DNA of 64,000 nt from Raillietiella orientalis (lineage: Eukaryota), in contig JAYWIR010000009.1 in assembly GCA_036172245.1 (NCBI GenBank), positions 1,240,001 to 1,304,000 on the forward strand. Direction: 5' to 3'. A model generated the notes under the pieces. That model worked only from the letters and a program-made list of their open reading frames with translations. It was not told where the DNA came from and did not search any database. How positions within the stretch are numbered: the stretch's first letter is position 1; each line of letters starts with the position of its first letter. A program made the position numbers and the translations under genes. This document shows, one piece after another, positions 1-12,592 of the stretch.

Positions 1-2560
1 ATGTCGAAGTTCCTAGAGACGGTGAGATCTTTTTGTTCGAGGACCACCTGAAGGCAAGGGGGTGGTCTTGGTCTGCTCATGAGATGGAATCGCGCCGAAG
101 GCAGCAGCTTCCGTAAATTCCGTCCGACTTGGTGGAGTCGCTCTCCGCTCTCAGCCTCCGTCACACAGCCGCGGATGGTGACTGCAGTGAATAGCGGCAT
201 TGCTCCTCAGATCTTTTCAGACGAAGACGCTGGCGGGAGAGAGCGAAAGGGTGTCCGTCATCTTCGCTCACCTGCGCAGGCAGCTGTTGAAGAGGTCATC
301 TCGCAACCGCCCGTGTCTTTGGCAGGTAGTCTCCTGGCTACTCACGGGTGCACAGGCTGCTCCATGAACGGCTGGATCGTCATCCAGGCGTTCGCGGGAG
401 TGTCTTCTCTTCCGGTTCGCTTTCTCCCGCCGCCTTCCTTCACCCTGTCGGCAAATGGAGAGGGCAGCCTGCGGGGGAATGAGCCGAGCAAGCGGGCCGG
501 TCGACTTCGTTTCCGCCCTCTTCGTCGCGTGCTCGAACAGCTTGCTGATGAGCGCACGCGCCTGAATGTTGCTCCTTATAAAGATGACTCCATCCTATGC
601 TCCATTGTTCCTCATTCCTCTTTCCGATGTGATGATCGATGCAACTCGAATTTCATCCTGAAACTGCCAAAGGGATTGTTCCACTTACCAGGGGGTAGCT
701 TGGAGGAACAGCTTCTCCTGAAAATCTCCGCCATCTTGTGGTCGGCACAGCAGGAGCCCCCAACTCATGTCCGTTCCTACGAGCGGATGTTGGGCTCGTT
801 GGCGGTGGTGCAACCGAGAAGAGCGCATCGGAACAACACGATCGTCCCTCGTATTGCATCCAGGCTCTGCCTGCATTCACTTCGCTGACAACCGTTTCCG
901 TGGCCCTAGGACGCCTGATTTTCCCCAAGTTCAGTCCCTCTTTTCGCACTCTACACTGAGGATGGAAACTGGTTCCGTCGTTTGATCCCGTTAATGCGGG
1001 ACGGTATGTCAGTTCCATCTGTTTATCTCGCTGCTCTTGGATCCTTGTCATCAAAGAAGGCGCGATCCGGGAACTCGATGGCTCCCTCCACAACTCGTCA
1101 CGAGGAACCTGCTGGCTAGTCTGCGCTCAAGGAAGGCGGCCCCAAAGACGGATAAATACGGAATTCGGTGTGAATGGGCAGTCGCACTGTCGGAGCGGAT
1201 CCATCGCAAGGACAAGAAAGCCGCGCTCGGATCGGCAGTCTCGCCGAAGTGCGCACATGGAACACAGGGGAAGCTGAACGGTCTCATTGTGGTTTCCCAC
1301 GTTGGCAACGCCTGCTGCATCCCCAAGGGCCAGTTTGTTCGAAAAAGAGGGTTTGGCATCGTGAAAACACGGAGGAACAGAGGACTGAAACTGTGGGAAA
1401 ACAAATTTCCTACCTACGCATTCACCACATGCGGAAGGATGCAAACACAGAATCGAATCGCATGGCCACGAGCGCCACGAAGTGAAGATTATGAAAAATG
1501 GATGATTCACTTCTTCGTGGAGGATGGATGCGTAGCATTTTGGACGGATGAAAGTGGTCCTTGAAGAAGAATCAAAGGCTTCCATTACTCCACGTTCCCA
1601 TGCTAGTAACGAGATGATGATAGGTGATTTGGTAAAGGACTGCAAGGAAGAGCAACGCCCATATGTACGTTGAAAGAGATTCTAATTTATAGCTACAGAA
1701 GCTGCTTAGTGTATGCTTTGTATGATTTGTTCAGCGAATGGAATGCTATGCCTTCTTGCCAAACATCGTTGTTACGACAAGAACGCTCTTGAGTGTCGAG
1801 ATGGTTTAGTGCAGCTGTGATCCAAATTCTGCATTGGTCCATTCCCCTGGGTCAGGATTGTCTGCTCACCCTCCCGAGATTCCTGCGAGTTTGAACCGCA
1901 TCGTCCGTTTTCCCACCTCCTTCTCAGAAAATTTGCAGACAGTTTTAGCCGTTGCCCCTCTTTCCTTCTCGTTTTGCCTTTCTCAGACCTGCCCGAATGG
2001 AGCTTTCCCAAGCAACGGTGACAGAAGGTTACGGCAGGAAAGCGCTGACAGCGAGGGAACTGTTCCTGCTTCAAAAACACGACCTTTCCTCGACATGCTG
2101 CACCTCACTGATTATGGGGTTTTTCTAGGACGCAAAGATTTATTCCCTGAAACCGCTGCCTGAGACTCGCCCTAATGAGAAGAGCAGTCTAAAAGACTCG
2201 CAAAACACCATTCAGCGTGTCTCAGGATTACTCTTGATGCGATGCTTAGGATGATTCAGATGCTTCAGATCTCGGAGATGGGAGTCGTCGAGAGCATCGG
2301 ATGAGCGAACCCACGCAAATCGGGGAGAAATCACCGCACGGCGGAACGCCTTTCCTTCCCTTGGAGATGGTGCTTTCCCTGTTTAGGGAAAGAAAGAAGG
2401 GAAACATCTGCAGCATCCACCGCGCAGGAGCGCGCGTATTGCATGGGAGCGCTCGAGAGTCGCGTGCCAACAAAATCGCGTCTCTTCCTTCGTGGCTGCA
2501 TCCCGAGTTCACAGATTCGCAACCAAATCTCGCCTCACTCACTTTTTCCTCATGGGCCCC
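1..2560 (-). mobile_element. Decayed BEL/Pao-like LTR retrotransposon remnant (gag knuckle + RT/RNase H), interrupted by a Tc1-like piece
   Basis: Minus-strand fragments occur in BEL order: FCHRCLGKLH (gag knuckle, ~1950-2030), HPQCRVRKEG..KIRR, LFRCALLG, AEIFRR..LPPGKWNN, GSFPRRLPSPF..W, SSEKI*GA (like DASEKAYGA). There are many stops and frameshifts, and the boundaries are approximate. Confidence 0.5.
1290..1765 (+). mobile_element. Degenerate Tc1/mariner transposase fragment
   Basis: RRNRGLK..QNRIAWPRA..W..VAFWTDES resembles the first catalytic Asp motif (W(T/S)DES). DLFSEWNAMP near 1725-1750 resembles the Tc1 C-terminal L..EW..IP motif. Confidence 0.5.
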
Positions 2561-2570
2561 GTTCTCACCG

Positions 2571-3595
2571 TCTTTATTTTTGTTTTTTTTATTTCCTTTA
2601 AAGGCCAGTAGCGACCCCACGAGGAGATCGTTTGGCCTAGGATGATGGAAATCCTTGGGTTCTTCTTTTTCTTCTGTCTTCGCTTTTTTTTTTTTTTTAA
2701 AGTGTTTTTTTTTTTTTGGTTCGCTCAGAGCCGGTCGCGTGCCTCGCGGCGCACGTGGCTCTTTTTAAACACACTGTTTTGTTTCCACGCCACTCCGCCT
2801 GAGGCAGCCCGCAGGGGGGCGTGTAATTCTTCAGTGTAATTCTTCAGGATAGGGGGCACCCCGGAAGAGGTCCGCCCTATGAATCCCGGAAGGGCTCGGA
2901 GTCCGTTTCTCCCACGCTTGGGGAGAGATCCCCCCAGATGGGGGGATCGCACCTCCCACCCTGGTTGTCTCCGAAGGGGAACTCCGAAGGGAATCTCCTT
3001 CCTCATTCTCTCCGGAGGGACAACCGGAACCCGGAAGGGGGGTGATCCTCTCCATTTGATATACTCCGGAGGGAACCCGCAAGGGAACCTCTCCTGTTCA
3101 CTCCTCTGAAGAGAACTCCGAAGAGACGCTTCCGAAACTCAGAAGGGGCGCTGCAGCTTCCCGCAGGGAATCGCCCTCGCTTGCTTCCTTGTGCACACTC
3201 TGTGAAGAGGCAGCGACTCGGAGGGTCCCCCCCGCAGCAGGGGAGTCCGCCCCTTTGGACAGCTGGGGAAGTGCCCGTGAGGGCTCCTGCTCCATCTTGA
3301 AACCGGAGGGGTCCCCGGTGAGGGGGGTCTGCTCTCCGTTGCACGACCAGAGGGGGAACTTCCCACCCCTTTATTCCTGGGAGAACCCGAAGGTCGACTC
3401 CCATTGTTCCGGCCTTCATCGGGAGGCCTCCGGCTTTATCCACCGCCGGGGCCACGCCCGAATGTCTCGGCCAACTAGCGCCATCGCAGGAGAAAATCGG
3501 AACACAACGACGCAGTGATGTCAGTTTCTGCCGGAGTATTCGAACCCGCGACGCATGGTGCCACACGCGGAAGCCTCAACCACAAAGCCTCCGAT
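2571..3595 (-). mobile_element. ~1-kb tRNA-derived SINE, copy 1
   Basis: Collinear with 45835-46807 and 62243-63269. The minus-strand head has A-box-like GGCTTTGTGG and B-box-like GGTTCGAATAC, and the tail is A-rich. Degenerate TSD gttctca at 2561 and 3596. Confidence 0.85.
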
Positions 3596-4199
3596 GTTCT
3601 CATCTTTTCGAGGCTGCCTGACTCCCCTGCAGCGTCGTTTCTATTTGCCTCCAAGGGAAACCAAGGCCGCCATCTCTCGCTTCAACAACAGCGAAAGGAC
3701 ACCTGTTCTTTCGGGAGGATGGACTGCAGAGAACTCGGCGTAACAAGCAGCTGCCGCATCCCTCTAGCGGGCCTTGGAGAAAACTCTGCACTCCGAACGA
3801 AGAGAGCGTGCGGCGTCAGCTGCCTCTTCGCGCAGCCGCTTCTCCGTGGAGCAGCCTATGGCTAGGACAAGGAGCTTCAGAACTGCCTGCGTGCGTCCAG
3901 ATCGGAGTGAAAAGGACGTTGATGCACGGTGTGTTGATGAGCAGGGCCGACGGAGTTCCGTCTGCTCATCTTGGAATGCTCATGCTCCAGCATTAAATGC
4001 ATGTATGGCTCTCTCGATCGAGAGGGCTATGCGAACAGCGGGCTCTTCCCTTGTTTCCCTCTTTCCTGAATTCTCGCGGGAAGCGCAGGGAGAGGAAGCC
4101 AGCTGGAAGAGGCGGCAGCAGCATCCCAGAAGCCTGCAGCCTTGAACGATCGCAGATTCTCATCATGAAGTTGCTGCGCTTTCAAATCAACGTATAAGA

Positions 4200-4930
4200 A
4201 GACTGTGCTGACTTTTCTCCTTCTACACGAAGAGGTGAAGGAGGAGCTTTCCTGCCCATCCAGGGAAAGCAACACGGACCTCACGCGGAGGAGCGTTCTG
4301 AAAGAGCATATGCAAAGCAGCGTGGTGTTCCACTATCCGGGCATGGAGAGGAGCGAGACACCCTTCGGAGCCACTTTTCTGCAGGAAGAGGAGCACTGCA
4401 CGGTCGTCCCGTTGCAACGTCATGGACTTTTGGTTTCTTTCGAGAAGACCTCCAAGCATTCCAGCGCCATCGAGAATATCACGCCTCGCTGCCGACATCG
4501 TATCAGATCTTTGACTACTTTTCATGCCAGGAGCCTAAAGACATTTCTTGAGGAATCTTTGAACAATTGCAGCATCTTTTGTTTTGAGCCTTTCCTAGAC
4601 AACTGGCTATGATTACAATCACTCTGGCCGACATAACAGTGCTGCGTTTTTTCTGTTTCTCGGAAGCAAACACGAAATAAACAGGAAAGAGTGGACGCAA
4701 ACAGATTGCCAGAGGAGGTCCAGAGATGGAAAACGACAGTGTACAGAAATGCAGGCGATTCACTTCGGGATTCTCTTTTTCTTCCTCGAGAAGAAAGGAT
4801 TCGGATGTCGCTCGTTTCCCTGGAGATTTCCCAGCAGCGTGGCGCGTTCAGCATGCCCATGGTCGTTGGGGTTCTCAGAAACAGGCACTTCCCTGGGGTT
4901 GAATACTGGCTTACAACATTCCCAACCCTC
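4200..4930 (-). mobile_element. Decayed Ty3/gypsy-like pol fragment (RT/RNase H)
   Basis: TPGKCLFLRTPTTMGMLNAP resembles TP.G.YEF..MPFGL.NAP. ILDGAGMLGGLLE..RAVLLFLQK resembles the RNase H DAS..GLGAVL.Q motif. Confidence 0.4.
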
Positions 4931-6259
4931 AAACTCCATCACGTTGATCATCATCATCGTTTAGTTTACAGTACCAGAACTGCATCCGCGGAATTGTGGT
5001 GGTGTGTAGCGGAGCTAACAAAAAACCGAATCGCGGGAGGTGTCCTCTTGGCGGGAGAGCGCTGATGCCACAGTTCCCGGAGGGCACTACAGTTTTAAAG
5101 CAGCTGCGGGATCGACTCCGCCAACACGCACCTGGAACAGTTTGGGGATGCAACCTCTGCGAAAACACGCTGCCGGAGATCATCTCACTGCAGTCCCCAG
5201 TAGAGGAAGACCAGAACGGCCTGTTCCAGGAGAGCGGGACCGCAGAAGCACCCAGGAACTGGGGAGGGACCACAAGCTCTTCGGGGGCTAACCTCAAGGG
5301 TTCACTCCACCGAAAAGGTCCCGTCGCCACAGAACGCAGAGTGGCAGCATCCATCAACTCCCACGTCTTCCAGCCTCCAAGGAGTTTTGTTCTTCCAGCG
5401 ATGATGAAGGATAACTCCCACCTGGCCGAAATGCTACTGTTTTTGTTTGCCCTGAGGGCAGATTGCTCGGCGGCAAGAGGTGTGGTGGCCATGGTCGAAC
5501 ACTTTGCCGTTTCGTGATTCATCACTTTCACGAGACGCGGTCAAAAATGCGTCAACGTGCAAAGTTATTGAAGACACATTTCCAGGAATAAACCTCAGGA
5601 CTCATTAGTCCCCTAGGTTGAGGCCTTAAAGTTCAATGAAAAACAGAAGACTCACGCTGCGGCTTTTACTAGAGAGGTGAGGGGCCTCAGGGAACAACCG
5701 AATACCCATATTCTGTAACGATTGCTCGCCAGTAACGAGAACAGTCCTTCGCTGCAAGTGCATCTCCGCTGGATGAGCCGTGCAGACCCACAGATCAAGA
5801 AAGTCCACCTCTTGGCGCAAAGTGCTGCATCTGCACCTTCATTCTCCCCAGCGTCCTTAGCCTCTGCCGCCATACCGACGCGGAGCAGTTGAATCTTTGA
5901 AGTGGATCCTAAAACTCGCATGTCCTGAGGGTCAAAGTTCGCTTGACAGGAGCACGGCAGATGCGGCAGATCTTCAGTAGCTGCAGGAGATCGTCAGCTG
6001 TAGGCTCCGTTACCCGCCTTCAACTCAGCGCTACCCTCTTTCAGAGCAACCAGTAAACCGGTGGGCACCGGCACGGTGGGAAACGAATCTTTTACAGCAA
6101 GGACTTCGAAACCTCTTGACGGATGATCGACACGAGGACCAGGACCTGCAGACGCTGAGACCCGAGTGTCCCACCTGATGACTTCAACGCGGACGCGAGC
6201 TGTTGGCAATTCCTGCAGAATGCCTGGTGTGACCACCAGTCCTGCAGGACACCCGCATT

Positions 6260-6830
6260 CTCCCTCTCCAGTCCTGCATTTGGGATTTCTGTGCGAAGTG
6301 CGCCTCCACCGCTGGACCAGGACGACGGTAATTGCGGTGGCCGACAGGTGGGCCAAAAGGGACACCATCCCTCACCTGCTCCTTGACTTTGCTGCCCTCC
6401 GGCACCTCCGAGAACGTCTTACCGCGGCACTTCGTATTCTCGGGAGGAGTGATCCCAGCGCCACTTTTCCAGCTTCTCTGCATGCGTGAGCCGCGTGCTT
6501 AGCAACCGTGTGCAGCTTCACGCGGACAGTAGTGGCGGCATGCTTCAATGCCCCAACCGGAGACCAGCCGGACGTGGATGCCAAGCACTTCATGAGGATC
6601 TCCGCAAGATGGCCCCCCTCCATCTGCGAAACGATAATTGCCAACTTGCCAGCACTTGCCAAGGAAGGGCGGGATGGCCTTCCTCGTGATCCCTTCCTGA
6701 TCCTCCATGCCTTCCTCGAAGAGACAATCTTCAATCTTTTTTTCGCTTTCTTTTTTTTAATCATGCTTTTCCCAGTGCCCGTTTGCTCGCATGGAGCCCC
6801 AAATGGCGAGTGGGAGAGAACTTCCGCACC
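6260..6830 (+). mobile_element. Old 3' fragment of a Tx1-like family A element
   Basis: LHLGFLCEVRLHRWTR..DTIPHLLLDFAALRHLRERL matches the ORF2 C-terminal CCHC region of the younger copies (LHWGLPCNARRFHWTR..ESLPHLLLDCAALRPLWERF). A T-rich 3' UTR follows. Confidence 0.7.
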
Positions 6831-7559
6831 GAGTGGAACCGACAGTCCAGCCAAAACGGTGCGTTTCTTTTCTGAAAAGAAGCGCACACCCCAGCTCAGG
6901 CTCAGGTTGAAAACCCGGACGAAGAAGATAAGTGGGGGGTCGAGGACATTCCGCACTCTTACTGTGCAAGGACAAGCGTCTCCAGTCCCTGAAACTTCCT
7001 CCCCCCTTCCCCCTGCATGACCTTTCCGTTCCTTCGAAGCGGATCACCTCGTTTGCTTCCGCTTCCGGATTGAGCTGCAAGCGCCGCGGGCGTCGATGAA
7101 TCTTCCCTTTCCTCTCCTTCTCCTCTCCGTTCCGTTGGTTTCCGGCACCGGGATGGATGCCCACTTGCTCGTCTGCTCTCCTCACTGGGTTCTCGCAGTT
7201 GGTTCCCTAATCTGGAAATATCTAGCCAATTTACATAAGTCCACTCCATAATGAACCTACGTACACATGCTTCATAATCTTTACCACATTTGTGGATAAA
7301 ATACATCGGTCTATATGCACAATCATCAGCGTGTTTGTCAACACAACCTTGTATTTTTATCCGTACACTCATGTATATGTGAACTTCTCCATATGTGTAA
7401 AAACGTAAGTCAATATTATTCTTTACGTCTCCATCGCACCTATTAACCTGTATAGCAATTTACACATAGGCATCTATAACAATCATATTATTCATTGCAA
7501 GAACACTCTGAGTACACACGCACACATACACAGTGTGTATACAGATTCTGTAAATATTG

Positions 7560-10500
7560 CGTTAGTCCATTTTCACCGTAGTGTACAAAGAGTTGAAATG
7601 AGCTGAAAGAGCTGCTACTTGTAGATGCTGGACAATTTGGGGAACCCACGTTTTGGAAGTCAGCCTTCCCTTAAACTGGAAGTGCCAAGAACAAAGGAGT
7701 CTCCGGGAACGGCATGAACGTCTGTATGGGGCCATTCTGCTTCTGGTTTCACTTTTGTACTTCCGGTTCATTTTCGCTTTTGATCTTTATCGGGACATCT
7801 TCCTGGATGATTGCCATTCACTGTATCCGTTTCCGTTTCTTCGAATGCACGCAGTGGATTGCGATGCTTCTGCGGAGCTGCAAGGCAATGGAGTTGCCCT
7901 AATAGAGTTGTGCTTGTGAGCCCGGAATCCAGGACCTTCTTCTGACTTCTCACAGTAGTTGCACGCCATTTGCTATCGGACGGTTGTGCCAGAGTTGGTG
8001 ATCGTGAAAGCATTATCCCGATAGTGTCCTTGGATGCACAAGTGACCTATAGTGGTAGGAAGCATCAGACTTGCTGGTCGAGTTCCATCGTATCGCCCAT
8101 ACAAACAGGGCCTAAGGATCAGTTCTAAGGGAGCCTTGATTTTATTTTGGATGGACGCAGTCATCCACACGTATCAGCTTTGAGGAGAATCCTTCGAAAA
8201 CACATTCATTGAAGTACTTCTGGATATTTTAGCACGTATTTTATCCTCATTCTTGGTGAAGATTATGAGAAAAAAATTCATATTTACTCATCGTAGGTCA
8301 CCAACTTAAACTCACACACATCGCAAATGCACAAGAAACCTCTACCGAAGCATCAAATTTCAATCCTTTCCTTTGCATACGCACCCGGAATTGCGATGCA
8401 TCCGGTCACGAATAAGCGCACATTTACATTCATCTTTCACATCCATGTGCGATGGGTGCAGGATCTTCCTTCGAACAGCCTCACATGGGCAGTTCCTCAA
8501 CGTTTGCTGGCAAGGCCCTCGCAGCGTGTCATCGTTTCGTCGGAACTCCTTTCTAGCCTGCAAAGACAACCCGCAACCGGAACTGAGAATTTCAGCTTCC
8601 GCAGACTCAATCCCTCGTTACTCTTGAGTACTTGTTACTCTAGAGTATGCCCATGCTCTATGCGTGTAAAGAAACTGCGCGTTCTTCGATTTTCCGAGAG
8701 GTTGAGATGAGTCCTCCTGGCATTCTTGCAGCTGCCCGAGGAGGTCCATGGAGCGGAGAGGCTAGCATATTTTCGGAAAAGGCAGCGCCTTTGAATGTGG
8801 GTAGAGATAGGAACGGTGCCCTCATCTTACCAAGTATAAATCCAAGAAATGCTTCTGCTCAACTGGATAGCACAAGTCCTTCGTTCGGAACTGCTGGTTC
8901 CTCAGCATGGACTTGCGAAATGGCAGCCTATCCTGGATGCTAAGTTGAGGGACAGATAGGAGTTTCGGACTGTGAGCGGAGTGCACAATCATTTTCTGAC
9001 ATACCAACGGTAACGCTGCCTTATTGATGGACGGCTTGCCCCAATCCCCTCAGCTTTATCACCAGTAGGCAATGCAATACTCGAATTGCACACTTTCTGG
9101 AACGGCAGCAGCAGTAGTCATATAGAGATCACTGCAATCTCCGAAGGAAATGCAACGTGATGCTCTGCTTCGCTGCGCTCGCTTACTGCTCCCTTTTGGA
9201 CGCCATCATCGGAAGGAAGAGTTTCTGAGCGTGGTGAGTAGCAGCAGGCAAACGGACTGAAAGTGAGAATGGGAAGATGCAGAGGGAGGTAATCATAAGA
9301 GCGGACGGAAAATGGATCAGAGGAAAGGAAGGTAAGTAGGTTGGTCTCAACGTGCACCCAGCCCAATCGGCGCAAGGGGAGAAGAGAGCGCGCACAGGGA
9401 GCGGAGAGCGCGGGACAGGAAAAGGGTGCAAGAGAGCAGCCAGGGGAGAGGATGGCCACAGGAGGCGGCGGCGGGGGAGGGAAGGGGTGAAAATCCGGCG
9501 CCAACGCTCACAAGATGAAACAATTCCGGAAGCCCCGCTCGCTCAGGAAGGCGTGCGACTGTCAACGACTGCATGCAGATGATGCAGCTCGTCCTGGAAA
9601 CGAGCAAGTGTCGCGGATGGCGACCAATCTGCCATTTCTACGGAAGAAGCCATTTTCACTCGGGGCAAGTTCCTTACGATCCCGGGGAAATCTTGCTGAT
9701 TCAGCTGGAGTCGATGTTCCCTGTTCCGGCGCCTCATGGCGAAGAGGCGATGCGATCTTTTGTGCGATGGCGCGAAGGATACGTGTTGCAGTTCGAAGGA
9801 ATTCGAGAGCGAGACGGAAGCATCGCTGGATGATCCGGAAGCTCGCATGAGCAATGCCAGTAGTTCCCCTGTTTCATTTGATTTTCTCTTCTCATCCCGA
9901 AGGAACGGATTTCTCAATAGCCGTAGCCGTATGTTTCATTTTTCTTACGGCTTGCAAAGAGGGAAGTAACCAGTGCACCACGAATGGCTATCCATTCGGC
10001 TACTTCTCGCGGTTTCTCTGACTGCCCTCGAATGTTCGAGCTACGAAAAGTTGCAGAGGAAAGCGAGCGCGCTCCGAAAGCTCTGATTCCAAAGTAGTAG
10101 TCGCCAATCTCACGACGGGTTGCAGAACGAGGAGCAAATGGACAGGAACGTGGAGACTCCACCGGCCGGAGTCAGTGCTCTCGGCAGGTAGAGAAGGCAA
10201 TGCAAGCATTTCGAGGTGCGCCGGATGGCACGCCAGCCTCCTTCTTTAGCTTGGCAACATACCTGCTGGATGCGGGACAAGTTTCCTGGCGAAAGCAGCA
10301 GCGGTGCAGACAGACTCTGTCGCGCAGCCCTTGGACGGCATCCGACTCCAGCAACAGGGAAAGAAGGACTCGATCGTCCCGCACGGAGGAAACCTCGGGG
10401 ATGCCGGTTTTCCGGGCGAGAGATTCCGACGCGCCGAATATCCCGGAAACCCCGGGGAGAGAAGGGTTCCGCTTCGCACTTGCACGGAAGGGTCGGCGCC

Positions 10501-11800
10501 GGAACGACTACACAAAGGGTGAAAACCGCACGTTCTCCGCGACCTCTTCCATCGAAGCAATCTGACGGCCTCGGAACGCGCGCCTCCGTCGCCGTCCGGC
10601 AGCTCGGCCGCCGCTTGTCTGGGGCGCAGCCAAAGCGACTTCCACTGTCGGGAAGGTCTTCCGCCTCGCCGGTTGGCAGCTCTTGTAGCGCTCCCCTCGG
10701 GAGCTGCGGCAAGGAAGGCGACGCGCATCCGAATCAGCCGCAACGCGCGAAACCTTGGGTGGAGACGAGCATACCGCCCACCTCACTTTCCAGCCCACGC
10801 TCCAACTGGGAATCCGGAGAGCGGTTTCTTTATTCTTGCGCAACGCTTCGTCGGCGAGGCCAAGAAGCTCCGCACGGAAGCAGCCGCCGCAGGAACCTGC
10901 CCAAGCTCCTCTTGGCGGTGGCCACGAGGGATAGCAGGGCATTGTATCGAAGAAAAGAGCCTCCATCCGCGCTGCAGCAGTCGTCGAAGTTGGCTGATGA
11001 GTCGAAACTGCGGACCGCCGTCCCGCAGACCCTCCTCGCTGCAGTCGAAGTGCGTCAGTCTCCGCCACCGCTGCCTTACTTCTTCCTTTGCGAGCGCGGC
11101 AAATCTCGTTGAATCGGTGCGCCAACTGCCAGCGTGACGTCGTCCGGACGACCGTGGTCTTGCATCAGGCACCAACACGGCGCACGGACACCTGCCGTCT
11201 CCGTGTCCATACTCACGTTGGATCGAGACACAGGTGACGATAACAGGGAGCCAGGAACGGCAGACCACTGTAATAAGGAGAGCAGTCCACGGATCCATGC
11301 TTTTGCAGACTCCACCACCTCCCTCGGCCTCCGAGCGCCCACAGGGGTAACCACTTCCTGCGCCCGCAACGCATCCAGGGAAGGTGACTTTACTTCTTGA
11401 GGCGACCGCCACGTTTCTGCAGGCGCTATGATCTCCTGCGGCCTCCGAGCATCCACAGGGGCTGCTCGCACCCGCGCGCGCCATGCATCCAGAAGGGTGG
11501 CCACTCTGAGACCACCCCGGATTTAATAGCAGCGTTTCTTCCTGTGGCCTCCGCGCATCAGGAGGCGTACCCATCTTTTGCGCCCGCCAAGCATCCGTAG
11601 GTGATGCCACTCCCTGCGGCAGACACGCATTTGGAAGCGGCGCCAATTGCCACACTTCTAAGGGCAGCGTCTATTCTTCCGGCCACCACCCTTCTGAAGA
11701 CGCAACCACTCATTTCCACCTGAGCCCTCCAATCCGCCGTCACCTTCGGGCTCAACTCCCTTACTGCTGGCACGTTCCCCTGGCAAACTAGCTCTCGTCG
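7560..11800 (-). mobile_element. Heavily decayed LTR retrotransposon, probably BEL/Pao (gag to integrase)
   Basis: Minus-strand fragments: KCLHCL (gag knuckle, ~10200), ESAEAEIL, ILHPSHM..ALIRDR (integrase HHCC region), HYRDNAFT (like SDNATNF). Similarity is weak and there is no intact ORF. Confidence 0.35.
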
Positions 11801-11893
11801 CTGCTACACCAAGAAGACTTCGAGGTGTATAACAGGGATCAAAAAGTGATACTTTCAACCTCTCCTCGTTTTCCCAGGCGCTACGCTTGCTGT

Positions 11894-12496
11894 TTTCACC
11901 CGGTCAAGCCGGGGCGTTTATTTAAAGAACTTACAGTATTTGCAGTACAAGGCCCCGCTGCGGCCAATAGTTCTATGGAGCTGTCGGGTGGTCGGAGCGC
12001 AGACCGACTTGACACTCCACGTCAACGGATAGGGTTGGGGGAAAAGCAAAAATAAAAAAATAAAGAAAAAGAAAAACACTTGTCATTTGGAGGGCCGGGA
12101 AGGGATCACTGTCCGTTGCGTGGAGCTTCCATCCTTTGCAGGATGCCGACGAGGTCCTTCTGCAGATTTCCCAGGTGAGGCCATGGGGATGCTATTTGCA
12201 GTAAACGAGCTGCATACTCCATGGCATCCCTTCCGTTAACATCTTCTGCTTCGTCGGATCCACTCCAAGCTGCGACAATACCGCGTACGCATCAGAGAGC
12301 TGCTATTACAGCGGCTGGATGCAGGGCGTCCCGCACGAAGAGGAGCCGAAAAACGTCTCTGGAAAGGCTACCTTCCAGGATCCCTAAGGTGGAACCGAGC
12401 CGTTCCCACAGGGAGGGCAACACAGTCAACTAAAAGGTGCGGGAGGGCTTCCCGCTCCCTACACCGGGCACAGTTTGGGTTCACACTTCCCCATGT
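11894..12496 (-). mobile_element. Tx1-like family A 3' fragment (ORF2 CCHC + 3' UTR)
   Basis: GSVNPNCARCREREALPHLLVDC. The 3' UTR ends aataaacgccccggcttgaccgggtgaaa, like the other family A copies. Confidence 0.85.
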
Positions 12497-12592
12497 CGTT
12501 CTAGGGAGCGGACGTGGTTTGGCATCGCTCCACGGATTGGTTAGTGGGAAGCTTTTCGTTGGTTGTCTGGTGTGTGGGAGCACCGGTGTCCC

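Noticed and set aside
10993..11010. CTGATGA..GAAA hammerhead-like core
   Set aside because: There is no room for stem II and no flanking stems.
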